In this document: positions 9,817 through 18,534 of the stretch, in pieces
Numbering within the stretch: the stretch's first letter is position 1
Layout: every line of letters begins with the position of its first letter
Assembly: GCA_050261335.1 (NCBI GenBank)
Contig: JBLNDE010000009.1
Coordinates: forward strand, 30,010 to 94,009
Direction: 5' to 3'
Length of the DNA: 64,000 nucleotides
Source: Bacillota bacterium
GTDB lineage: Bacteria; Bacillota; SHA-98; UBA4971
Made by a program: the position numbers and the translations under genes
The notes under the pieces: generated by a model
Seen by the model: only the letters and a program-made list of their open reading frames with translations
The model's database searches: none
Told to the model about the DNA's origin: nothing

Positions 9817-10746
9817 GTGGCAGGGGTAGACGATGCTGTTGAGAAAGTAGGCGTCCCCGGGGGGTATGAAGCCCTGGACCGCGAGGAAACGGGCAAGGCC
9901 GCGGGGGCCCGTCCGGAGCGGCGCGCCGAGACGCGCGCTCGCCTGGACGTGCTGCTCGTGGAACGCGGCCTCTTCGAGACCAGAGAAAAGGCGCGCCGCG
10001 CCGTCATGGCCGGAGAGGTCCTGGTGGACGGAGTTCGGGAGGACAAGCCCGGCACCAGGGTCTCCCGTTCAGCCGCCATCGAGCTCAGACCGTCGCGGGA
10101 GCCATACGTCAGCAGAGGCGGCGAGAAGCTGGAGAAGGCCCTCGACGAATTCGGCGTGGACGTGTCAGGCAAGGCCGCCATCGACGTGGGTGCGTCAACA
10201 GGCGGGTTCACCGATTGCCTGCTCCGTCACGGGGCGAGGCGGGTCTACGCGGTGGATGTCGGCTACGGGCAGCTTGCGTGGGAACTGCGCAGCAACCCCA
10301 GGGTCGTGGTGCTCGAGCGCACGAACGTAAGGTACCTCGAGCCGGGGGCCGTGCCCGAACAGGCTGACATCTGCACCATAGACGTCTCGTTCATATCCAT
10401 AATGAAGTTTCTCGAGCACCTCCTGACGTTCCTCTCCCCCGGCGCCGCCGTCGTGGCGCTCGTCAAGCCCCAGTTCGAGGCGGGAAGGGAGAAGGTGGGG
10501 AAGGGCGGGGTCGTGCGGGATCCGGAGGTGCATGCTGAGACGCTCCTGCGGGTGATAGAGTTCATGCAAACGTGCGGCCTGGAGATCCGCGGCCTCACTT
10601 ACTCCCCGATAAAGGGCCCGGCAGGAAACATCGAGTTTCTGGTGTATGCAGTAAAGGGACAGCAGGGCGGGGCGGCAGCTGCTATCGAGGCCGTCGAGCG
10701 AAGGGTATGCGAGGTGGTGGGCGCGGCCCACCGCGCCCTCGACTGA
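9817..10746 (+). CDS. tlyA: TlyA family 16S/23S rRNA (cytidine-2'-O)-methyltransferase
   Basis: S4 domain + FtsJ-like MTase (RLDVLLVERGL...DVGASTGGFTD); N-terminal ~45 aa extension uncertain. Confidence 0.85.
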   Translation: MAGVDDAVEKVGVPGGYEALDREETGKAAGARPERRAETRARLDVLLVERGLFETREKARRAVMAGEVLVDGVREDKPGTRVSRSAAIELRPSREPYVSRGGEKLEKALDEFGVDVSGKAAIDVGASTGGFTDCLLRHGARRVYAVDVGYGQLAWELRSNPRVVVLERTNVRYLEPGAVPEQADICTIDVSFISIMKFLEHLLTFLSPGAAVVALVKPQFEAGREKVGKGGVVRDPEVHAETLLRVIEFMQTCGLEIRGLTYSPIKGPAGNIEFLVYAVKGQQGGAAAAIEAVERRVCEVVGAAHRALD

Positions 10747-10843
10747 GCGTGGGATCACAGGGTAGACATGGGCTGATCCAGCGACAGGGCTCGCGCCCGG
10801 CAGGCTGCGCGTGAGTTGTCGTACAGGCAGGGGATTACGGAAG

Positions 10844-11701
10844 ATGAGGATTGGCCTGATAACACATCTCGGGAAACACGCGGCGGTGGACGCGGCGAAG
10901 GAGCTCTTGAGATTCCTCCAGACGCGCGGTGTGGAGGTGCTGCTCGATCCCGAATCGGCCCGTGAGTTCGACCGTCCCGGCATGTCCTTCGGCGAGATCG
11001 CTATCGGGGAGAAGATCGACCTCGCTGTGGTCCTCGGCGGTGACGGCGCCCTTCTCAACGCAGCCCGCCGCCTTGCCGGCAGCGAAGTCCCCATCCTTGG
11101 CGTAAACGTCGGCCACCTCGGCTTTCTCACCGAGGTTGAGCTGCCCGACATCTACGAGGCGATCGACCGGGTTCTCGCGGGCCGATACGCCGTAGAGGGA
11201 AGGATGATGCTCCGCGCACAGGTGACGCGAGCGGCCAGAGGGATCGTGGGAGAGTTCGTCGGTCTCAACGATGTGGTCGTCACGAAGGGCGCATTCGCCA
11301 GGATGATAAGGCTCAAGACGTACATCGGACCGAACTTCATTGGAACGTATCCTGCTGACGGCGCGATAGTGGCGAGTCCCACGGGCTCCACAGGGTACTC
11401 GCTGTCTGCAGGGGGTCCCATCGTGGACCCGGTGATCGATACGCTGATAGTGACGTTCATCTGTCCTCACACCCTGGCGGCGAGATCCTTCGTGGCTTCC
11501 AAGAGTGACACGGTGAGAATAGTCGTATCCGCTCCGAGCGAGGAGGTCATGCTGACAGTCGACGGCCAGGTGGGCTTCCGGCTGGAAAACCGTGACGAAG
11601 TGCTGGTGGAGGCGGCCACGACCAGGACGCGCCTTGTGAAGCTCGGGCGTCGCAGCTTCTACGAGGTCCTCAGGACCCGCCTTGCGGAGGGGAACGTGTA
11701 G
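10844..11701 (+). CDS. nadK: NAD kinase
   Basis: GGDGALLNAARR motif; ORF extends to 10811. Confidence 0.85.
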   Translation: MRIGLITHLGKHAAVDAAKELLRFLQTRGVEVLLDPESAREFDRPGMSFGEIAIGEKIDLAVVLGGDGALLNAARRLAGSEVPILGVNVGHLGFLTEVELPDIYEAIDRVLAGRYAVEGRMMLRAQVTRAARGIVGEFVGLNDVVVTKGAFARMIRLKTYIGPNFIGTYPADGAIVASPTGSTGYSLSAGGPIVDPVIDTLIVTFICPHTLAARSFVASKSDTVRIVVSAPSEEVMLTVDGQVGFRLENRDEVLVEAATTRTRLVKLGRRSFYEVLRTRLAEGNV

Positions 11702-12191
11702 GAAGGTGAAAGCCTTGAAGGCAAAGCGCCATGCCAGGGTGCTCAAGATCATCAGGGACAGGGTGGTCGAGACCCAGGAGGATCTCGCCCGCGAACTTCG
11801 TAAGGAAGGCTTCAAAGTCACTCAGGCGACCGTATCTCGCGATATAAAGGAGCTTCGAATAACGAAGCTGCCGATGAGCGACGGGCGGTACCGCTACGGC
11901 CTTCCCCGCGAGCACTCGCGCGAAGAGGCCCACAGGCGGCTCGCGAGGCTCTTCGCCGATTCGGTCATCGCCGTCGACTGGAGCGAGAACCTCGTTGTCG
12001 TGAAGACCCTGACCGGCAACGCTCATGCGGTGGCCGCAGCCATCGACGAGGCGGATTTCAAGGAGGTCGTGGGCACCATCGCCGGCGACGACACGATTCT
12101 GGCGGTGGTCCGGCCGAAGTCCGCCGTGCCCGAGGTGCTCGCGAGGTTCAACAAGCTGCGAAAGCCTTCGCCGGAGGAACGGGATGTCTGA
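11682..12191 (+). CDS. argR: Arginine repressor ArgR/AhrC (true start probably GTG 11706 or TTG 11715)
   Basis: Winged-helix N-terminus + C-terminal Arg-binding domain (GDDTILAVVRP). Confidence 0.85.
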   Translation: MRRGTCRKVKALKAKRHARVLKIIRDRVVETQEDLARELRKEGFKVTQATVSRDIKELRITKLPMSDGRYRYGLPREHSREEAHRRLARLFADSVIAVDWSENLVVVKTLTGNAHAVAAAIDEADFKEVVGTIAGDDTILAVVRPKSAVPEVLARFNKLRKPSPEERDV

Positions 12192-12235
12192 GTGTGAATT
12201 CAGAAATCCATGTGGGTCTGGGACAAGCTTCCGGG

Positions 12236-12370
12236 TTGCCGGTGCTTGCTAGGGCGGGGCGCTCTCGATTCGGCAGGCCTGAATGCCTGATCTGACGAGG
12301 CGAGCCGCAAGCGCGCCGTCCCCGGAGCGCAACACCGGAAACCTATGGAAAAGTGGCGGTGATTTCTGAA
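12236..12370 (+). repeat. MITE-like repeat, copy B (5'-truncated, diverged)
   Basis: GGGTTGCCGGTGCTTGCTAGGGCGGGGCGC...GCGCCGTCCCCGGAGCGCAACACCGG shared with the other copies. Confidence 0.6.
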
Positions 12371-12398
12371 CCCGCGCTGGGCCGGGTGGTGAGCTGAC

Positions 12399-14162
12399 GT
12401 GCTTCTTGCGCTTCAAATCAGGGACTTCGCCATTGTCGACGAGGTCGAGCTGGAGTTCGAGGACGGGTTCAACGTCCTGTCAGGCGAGACCGGGGCCGGA
12501 AAGTCCATCATCATCGGCGCCGTGACGCTTCTCCTCGGCGGGCGGGCCTCGGTAGACCACATCCGCACAGGTGCGGACGAGGCGGTCATCCACGGGACGT
12601 TCGCAGTCCCGAAAGCGTCGCCAGCGCGCCGGGCCATCGAGGACCTGGGCATCGATGTCGGCGATGACGACCTCGTCGTCATATCACGCACCATCTCGAG
12701 ATCCGGGAGGAATCAGTGCAGGGTCAACGGGCGCCCTGTGACTCAGGCGATGCTTTCGGGCATCGGTGAGCGACTCGTGGACATCCACGGCCAGCACGAA
12801 CATCAATCACTGCTCCGGGTGGCCCGGCACATGGAGTTCCTGGACGAGTTCGGCGGCGCGCAGGCGCTGGGTCTGCGCGAGCAGGTACGGTTGCAGTACG
12901 AGCGCATGATCGAGCTGGAGGCGGCCCTTGCGGCCCTCCGTTCCGGCGAACGGGAGAGGGCTCAGCGAGTCGACCTTCTCGAGTTCCAGGCGCGCGAGAT
13001 CGACGCCGCGCGGCTTTCGCCCGGAGAGGACGTGCAGCTTGCGAAAGACCGGGCGGTGCTGGCGGCCGCGGACCAGCTCTACGCCCACGCCAGCGCGGCG
13101 TACGCGGCGCTGCGCGGAGACGATTCAGGCTCAAGTGGTGCCGCAGACGCTATCGCCGCGGCCGTGTCGGAGATCGAGGCAGTGCTGAAGGTGGACGATT
13201 CGGTTAAGGGCGCAAACGACCTTCTGCAGAGCGCCCTCGCGGCGTGCGAGGAGTCCGCAAGGGCGATCCGTGTGTATAGGGACGGAATCGAGGTGGACCC
13301 CGCGCGGCTCGCGCAGATCGAGGAGCGACTCGCGGCCATAGAGCGTCTGAAGAGGAAGTACGGCGACACGGTGGACGAGATCCTCGAGTATCGCCGCAGG
13401 ATCGGCGATGAGCTCGCGAGGGTCGCGTCCTCGGAGGAGGAGATCGCCGCCGCAGAGAACGAGCTTGCGAGGGTCAAGGCGTCGCTTGGCTCGCTCTCCG
13501 CATCCCTTCACGAGGTGCGCGCTCGGGCTGCCCGGGACCTCGAGGAGCGGGTGAAGGCGGAGCTTGCGGACCTCAACATGGGGTCATCCGTCTTGTGTGT
13601 GAGCTTTTCCGCGAAGGAGGACCCGCGAGGGGTGCCTGTGGGCGATAGACTGCTCGCTGTCGGCCCGGACGGCACGGACACCGTGGAGTTCCTCCTTTCG
13701 GCGAATGCCGGAGAGCCTCCAAAGCCTCTCGCCCGCATAGCGAGCGGTGGCGAGATCTCCAGGGTCATGCTGGCGCTCAAGTCGATCCTCGCTTCTGTGG
13801 ACGAGGTGGACACTCTCATCTTTGACGAGGTCGATGCCGGAATCGGCGGGCGCACCGCGACGGCGGTAGGGGAGAAGCTTGCGGCCACGAGTCGCATGCG
13901 GCAGGTGGTGTGCGTGACCCACCTTGCGCAGATTGCAAGCATGGCGTGCGTCCATTTCGCCATTAGCAAGGTCGAGAAAGAGGGACGCATCCGCACGGTT
14001 GTGGAAAGGCTCGACGGGGAGGCACGGATCGCGGAGATCGCACGGATGCTCGGCGGAGCCGACCTTACGCCTACCACCTTCAAGCACGCCAGGGAGATGC
14101 TACAGGCTGGAGCAGATGCAAGGCGGCGTGACACGCGCCGACGCCAGGCTCTCGCCACCTGA
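12399..14162 (+). CDS. recN: DNA repair protein RecN
   Basis: SMC-like N-terminal Walker A (LSGETGAGKSIIIGA) and C-terminal signature; conserved position after argR. Confidence 0.9.
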   Translation: MLLALQIRDFAIVDEVELEFEDGFNVLSGETGAGKSIIIGAVTLLLGGRASVDHIRTGADEAVIHGTFAVPKASPARRAIEDLGIDVGDDDLVVISRTISRSGRNQCRVNGRPVTQAMLSGIGERLVDIHGQHEHQSLLRVARHMEFLDEFGGAQALGLREQVRLQYERMIELEAALAALRSGERERAQRVDLLEFQAREIDAARLSPGEDVQLAKDRAVLAAADQLYAHASAAYAALRGDDSGSSGAADAIAAAVSEIEAVLKVDDSVKGANDLLQSALAACEESARAIRVYRDGIEVDPARLAQIEERLAAIERLKRKYGDTVDEILEYRRRIGDELARVASSEEEIAAAENELARVKASLGSLSASLHEVRARAARDLEERVKAELADLNMGSSVLCVSFSAKEDPRGVPVGDRLLAVGPDGTDTVEFLLSANAGEPPKPLARIASGGEISRVMLALKSILASVDEVDTLIFDEVDAGIGGRTATAVGEKLAATSRMRQVVCVTHLAQIASMACVHFAISKVEKEGRIRTVVERLDGEARIAEIARMLGGADLTPTTFKHAREMLQAGADARRRDTRRRQALAT

Positions 14163-14403
14163 CCCCGGCCATTTCCGCTGATCCAGCCGTTGCCGCTATT
14201 GCAGCCGCTGCGCCCGCCACGAGTGCTGTGTCCTATGTGACCGCTACGGCCGCCACGGCCGTCGCAACGGCCGAAGCGACTGCAAGAAGCCCTTCCCGGC
14301 CCGCCGAACCTCAGCACGTCAATGGAGGAAATCCAGCACGGACGGCGAATATACCTCATGGTACGTCCCGGCCCATCGAGGCACGAGTCTTTTCCGGGAG
14401 AGG

Positions 14404-14742
14404 ATGGCGGAAGCGGCGATGACTGGCGCCAGGATCACGGTCCACCCGATACTGGAGTTCAAGGAGGGCAGGAAAGTCAGGTTCACGTTCGACGGCCAGG
14501 TCCTCGAGGGATACGAGGGAGAGCCGATAGCGGCGGCACTTCACGCTGCTGGCGTGCGGGTGCTGGGAGAAAGCCCCAAGCTGAAGAGGCCCAGGGGCTT
14601 TTTCTGCGCCATAGGCAACTGCTCGTCGTGCCTCATGACGGTGGACGGCCGCCCAAACGTGAGGGTCTGCACGGAAAAGCTGCGCGAAGGCATGCGCGTG
14701 GAAACTCAAGCGGGGAAGGGTGTGCTCCTTGCGAACGACTGA
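14404..14742 (+). CDS. Small [2Fe-2S] subunit of a multi-subunit flavoprotein dehydrogenase (HcnA / sarcosine-oxidase-alpha N-terminal-like)
   Basis: 112 aa, CAIGNCSSC...C cluster motif. Confidence 0.7.
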   Translation: MAEAAMTGARITVHPILEFKEGRKVRFTFDGQVLEGYEGEPIAAALHAAGVRVLGESPKLKRPRGFFCAIGNCSSCLMTVDGRPNVRVCTEKLREGMRVETQAGKGVLLAND

Positions 14743-15832
14743 GATTTGCGTGATCGGTGCGGGGCCCGCGGGCCTGTGCGCTGCGATCGCCGCCCGCGAC
14801 ATGGGCGCCCGCGTGACGTGCGTGGATTCGGGAGACAGGCCGGGCGGGCAGCTTGTCAAGCAGACCCACAAGTTTTTCGGGTCGAGGGCCGAGTTTGCCG
14901 GGAAGAGAGGGATTGACATAGCCGGCATGCTCGCGGACCGGATCCGCGATGACCCCATGGTGGAGTTCATGCTGGACAGCACCGTCATAGGGTTCTACGA
15001 CGATGGGGCCATGGGCATCGAACACGACGATGCTCTCACTTTCCTCAAGGCCGAGCGCATTGTGTGCGCCACGGGGGCTTCCGAGAAGATGCTCGCGTTT
15101 CCGGGCAACGATCTTCCCGGTGTATACGGGGCAGGGGCGGTCCAGACTCTCATGAACGTGTACGGTGTGAGACCCGGCAGGGCAGTGCTCATGGTCGGCG
15201 CGGGCAACATCGGCCTCATCGTGAGCTACCAGTTGCTCCAGGCGGGGGTGGAGGTGGTGGCAGTCGTAGAGGCCATGCCACAGGTCGGGGGGTACGATGT
15301 CCACGCCCGCAAGATACAGCGTGCGGGCGTGCCGATCCTGACGTCCCACACGGTGAAGGCGGCCCACGGCACGAGGGTGGTCGAGGGGGCCACGGTGGCG
15401 GCGCTCGGGAGCGACTTTCGGCCGATCCCTGGCACAGAGGAGTATTTTCAGGTGGATACCGTGTGCCTCGCAGTGGGGCTGACTCCGCTTGCGGACCTCC
15501 TCTGGCAGGCAGGGTGCAGGATGGCGTACATCCCCGAGCTCGGGGGCCACGTCGCCCTGCGAGACGAGAACTATGAGACGTCGCGCCGGGGCTTTTACGT
15601 AGCGGGCGATCTCGCAGGAATAGAGGAGGCCTCATCCGCGATGATAGAGGGCTCCATCGCCGGCCTATCGGCGGCGCAGTCGCTGGGGCACGAGGCGCCG
15701 GATCTCGAGGAGAGGCTGGCGACGGCGAGAGCCGAACTTGCCGCCCTCCGCAGCGGTCCGAAAGGCCGGAAGGTGCGGATCGGAATCGAGCGACTCATGC
15801 TGCTCGCAAGGGAGGTCGGCGTCGTTGCGTGA
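14720..15832 (+). CDS. FAD/NAD(P)-binding oxidoreductase subunit (PdhA / HcnB / opine-oxidase A-like)
   Basis: Two Rossmann GxGxxG motifs (VIGAGPAG; VGAGNIG). Confidence 0.7.
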   Translation: MCSLRTTEICVIGAGPAGLCAAIAARDMGARVTCVDSGDRPGGQLVKQTHKFFGSRAEFAGKRGIDIAGMLADRIRDDPMVEFMLDSTVIGFYDDGAMGIEHDDALTFLKAERIVCATGASEKMLAFPGNDLPGVYGAGAVQTLMNVYGVRPGRAVLMVGAGNIGLIVSYQLLQAGVEVVAVVEAMPQVGGYDVHARKIQRAGVPILTSHTVKAAHGTRVVEGATVAALGSDFRPIPGTEEYFQVDTVCLAVGLTPLADLLWQAGCRMAYIPELGGHVALRDENYETSRRGFYVAGDLAGIEEASSAMIEGSIAGLSAAQSLGHEAPDLEERLATARAELAALRSGPKGRKVRIGIERLMLLAREVGVVA

Positions 15833-16331
15833 CAAGCCGTGCGTCGGGCCGGGGACGCAGGGGCGCATCCCTGACGCCGCGAGGCGGGCGCGTGGACCCT
15901 GCGCCGTCATCGAGTGTTTCGAGGAGATCCCGTGCGATCCATGCCATGACGCGTGCCACCGGGGGGCCATCCGGCCGTTCGACGACATCAACCACCTTCC
16001 CGAGGTGGACTTCGACAGGTGCAACGGCTGCGGCGCCTGCATCTCAGTGTGCCCCGGCCTGGCGATTTTCGTGGTGGACGAGACCTGGAAGGATGACCTG
16101 GCGGTCGTGAGGCTGCCGTACGAGTTCCTGCCGCTGCCGTCGCCCGGTGACACCGTGGCGGGGCTTGATAGGTCCGGCCGCGAGTGCTGCGCCGCCACGG
16201 TGGTCCGGGTCGAAAGGGCGAAGAGGCAAGACAGGACGGCTGTCGTGTGGATAGAGGTGCCGAAACCCCTCTCGATGGAGATAAGGCACGTCCGTGTGGG
16301 AGGGAGCGCTATTGGCTCGCGCGAAGGCTGA
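15825..16331 (+). CDS. Ferredoxin-like 4Fe-4S subunit
   Basis: CNGCGACISVCP motif; TTG start 10 nt after AGGGAGG RBS; ORF extends to 15738. Confidence 0.55.
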   Translation: MRDKPCVGPGTQGRIPDAARRARGPCAVIECFEEIPCDPCHDACHRGAIRPFDDINHLPEVDFDRCNGCGACISVCPGLAIFVVDETWKDDLAVVRLPYEFLPLPSPGDTVAGLDRSGRECCAATVVRVERAKRQDRTAVVWIEVPKPLSMEIRHVRVGGSAIGSREG

Positions 16332-16665
16332 GTGTGAGCCCGGCGAGGGCGACCGTGGAGACGCCGCCGGCGATCCGGTGGTGATGTGCCGCTGCGAGGA
16401 CGTCACGCTCGACGAGATTCGTGACCTCATCGCAAGGGGTTACACGACGATGGAGGAGATCAAGCGCATCACGAGATGCGGCATGGGACCGTGCCAGGGC
16501 AGGACGTGCAGGCAGCTCGTGCTGGCGGAGATCGCCAGGGCCACCGGGAAAGACATCGCGAGCGTCGCCCCGCCAAGGTTCAGGCCGCCCACGAAGCCCG
16601 TGCGCCTGGGCGCGGGCGTGAGACTCGCCGCCGAGGAAGGTGATGGCCGTGAAGAGGTGCGCTGA
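16294..16665 (+). CDS. BFD-like [2Fe-2S]-binding domain protein (start may be ATG 16384)
   Basis: CRCEDVT...CGMGPCQGRTC BFD motif. Confidence 0.55.
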   Translation: MWEGALLARAKAECEPGEGDRGDAAGDPVVMCRCEDVTLDEIRDLIARGYTTMEEIKRITRCGMGPCQGRTCRQLVLAEIARATGKDIASVAPPRFRPPTKPVRLGAGVRLAAEEGDGREEVR

Positions 16666-17794
16666 CGCCGTTGTCATCGGCGGGGGAGTCGTGGGCACGT
16701 CCATCGCCTATCACCTGGCGAGACGCGGTTTTGGCACAGTGGTCCTCGTAGAGCGGTCGTACCTTGCGAGCGGGTCCACGGGCCGCTGCGGGGCAGGAGT
16801 AAGACAGCAGTGGGGCACGAAGTTGAACTGCCTCCTCTCCCGGGAGAGTGTGCGGATGTTCGAGCGGATGGAGGAGGAACTCGCCTACGATCGGAGCATC
16901 GAGTTCAAGCAGGGCGGATACCTGCTCCTTGCCTACACCGATCGCGAGATGAACCAGTTCATGAAGAACGTCCAGCTCGAACAGAGCCTCGGGATCCCGG
17001 CGAGCCTGCTCACTCCCGCTGAAGCGAAGGCCATCGTGCCGATGCTGAACGCAAGCGACGTTCTCTGTGCGACATACTGCCCGACGGACGGGCACGCGAA
17101 CCCCTTTCACGCGACATATGCTTACGCCGGTGCAGCGCGCAGGCTCGGTGCAGAGATCATGACTTTCACAGAAGTGAAGGACGTCGTCGTGCAGGACGGC
17201 AGGGTCGCGCGGGTCGTCTGCGACGGGGAAACCATCGACACCAGGGTCGTGGTGAACGCCGCGGGGCCGTATTCGGGGCTTGTGGCGCGGATGGCAGGGC
17301 TCGAGATCCCCTTCTGGGCGGAGCGCCACCAGATCCTCGTTACGGAGCCGGTCGAGCCCGTGCTGCGGCCCATGGTCATGTCGTTCTCGCGGCGGATCTA
17401 TTGCCAGCAGACCCCGCACGGCAGTTTCATCATGGGGATGGGCGACCCGAGCGAGCCGCACGGATTCAGCACGGAGAGCAGTTGGAGATTCCTCGTGGAC
17501 ATGGCACGCGAGATAACGAGGGTTCTGCCTCCCGTGGGGAACCTCAAGGTCGTCAGGCAGTGGGCTGGGTTATACGACATGACGCCTGACGCCCATCCGA
17601 TACTTGGGGCGACGCCGGTCGAAGGCTTTTACCTCGCGTGCGGGTTCTCAGGGCACGGCTTCATGCTGGCTCCGGTGACGGGAAAGCTCATCTCCGAGAT
17701 CATCTGTGATGAGCAGCCGTCCATAGATATAACCGGCCTCGACCTCGGCCGGTTCGAGCGAGGGGAGCTCGTGGTCGAGCCATCGGTTGTATAG
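16643..17794 (+). CDS. FAD-dependent amino-acid dehydrogenase/oxidase beta subunit (sarcosine oxidase beta / L-proline dehydrogenase PdhB / HcnC-like)
   Basis: DAO family, N-terminal VIGGGVVGTSIAYHLARRG. Confidence 0.75.
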   Translation: MAVKRCADAVVIGGGVVGTSIAYHLARRGFGTVVLVERSYLASGSTGRCGAGVRQQWGTKLNCLLSRESVRMFERMEEELAYDRSIEFKQGGYLLLAYTDREMNQFMKNVQLEQSLGIPASLLTPAEAKAIVPMLNASDVLCATYCPTDGHANPFHATYAYAGAARRLGAEIMTFTEVKDVVVQDGRVARVVCDGETIDTRVVVNAAGPYSGLVARMAGLEIPFWAERHQILVTEPVEPVLRPMVMSFSRRIYCQQTPHGSFIMGMGDPSEPHGFSTESSWRFLVDMAREITRVLPPVGNLKVVRQWAGLYDMTPDAHPILGATPVEGFYLACGFSGHGFMLAPVTGKLISEIICDEQPSIDITGLDLGRFERGELVVEPSVV

Positions 17795-17833
17795 CGTTGT
17801 GCAGCGCAGCATCTGTCCCTGTGTGGCGGTGGT

Positions 17834-17974
17834 CGCCAAGTATGACGCCACAGGTTAGCACCGCTTTCCTTGACGGTGTTGGGGCTCACGAGCCGTCCCC
17901 GGAGGGCAACACCGGCAACCCTGGCGAGGACCTGCGCGCTGAAAAGCAGCGCGAATCTGCGGCGGTCTACTCAG
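17834..17974 (+). repeat. MITE-like repeat, copy C (internally deleted)
   Basis: Both termini and the GCAACACCGGCAAC arm are present; the central ~70 nt is missing. Confidence 0.65.
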
Positions 17975-18135
17975 GGCAGCGGTGGCCGCAAGGGCGCAGG
18001 GCGACCGCCATAGCAGCATGTCAGATCGCGGGCGCTCTCGAGTCACTTCGTGGATGGAAGCCCGGGGGTAACCGCAGACCGACTTGTGCGAGCTTCCGAA
18101 CTCACGCATGGAGATCACGTGGGAGGGGAGAGAGA

Positions 18136-18534
18136 ATGAAGCTTGACCTCGATCGATGCACGGGCTGCAGGCTCTGCCAGCTCGTATGCTCTGTTGTGAA
18201 CTTCTGCGAGAACAACCCGAAGAAGGCCGGGATCCGCGTGATCTCCAGGCTCTTCACCGATGCCTGGTACGATGTGGTCGTGTGCGACCAGTGCGGCGTA
18301 TGCATCGACGTCTGCCCCGTGGGGGCCATCAGCATGGGGGACGGTGTTGTGCGGATCGATCCCGACACGTGCACCAACTGCGGTGCGTGCGTGGAGACGT
18401 GCCCGAACGGTGCGCTGTTCTCCCACCCTGACGTCGACTACCCCATAAAGTGCATCGCGTGCGGGGAGTGCGCGAGGCTGTGCCCGAGAGGGGTCCTCGA
18501 CGCCCTGGTCGAAGTCGGAAAGGTGGCGAGCTAG
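18136..18534 (+). CDS. Polyferredoxin, four CxxCxxCxxxCP motifs
   Basis: Cys motifs read directly; GGGAGGGGAG RBS; ORF extends to 17797. Confidence 0.75.
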   Translation: MKLDLDRCTGCRLCQLVCSVVNFCENNPKKAGIRVISRLFTDAWYDVVVCDQCGVCIDVCPVGAISMGDGVVRIDPDTCTNCGACVETCPNGALFSHPDVDYPIKCIACGECARLCPRGVLDALVEVGKVAS

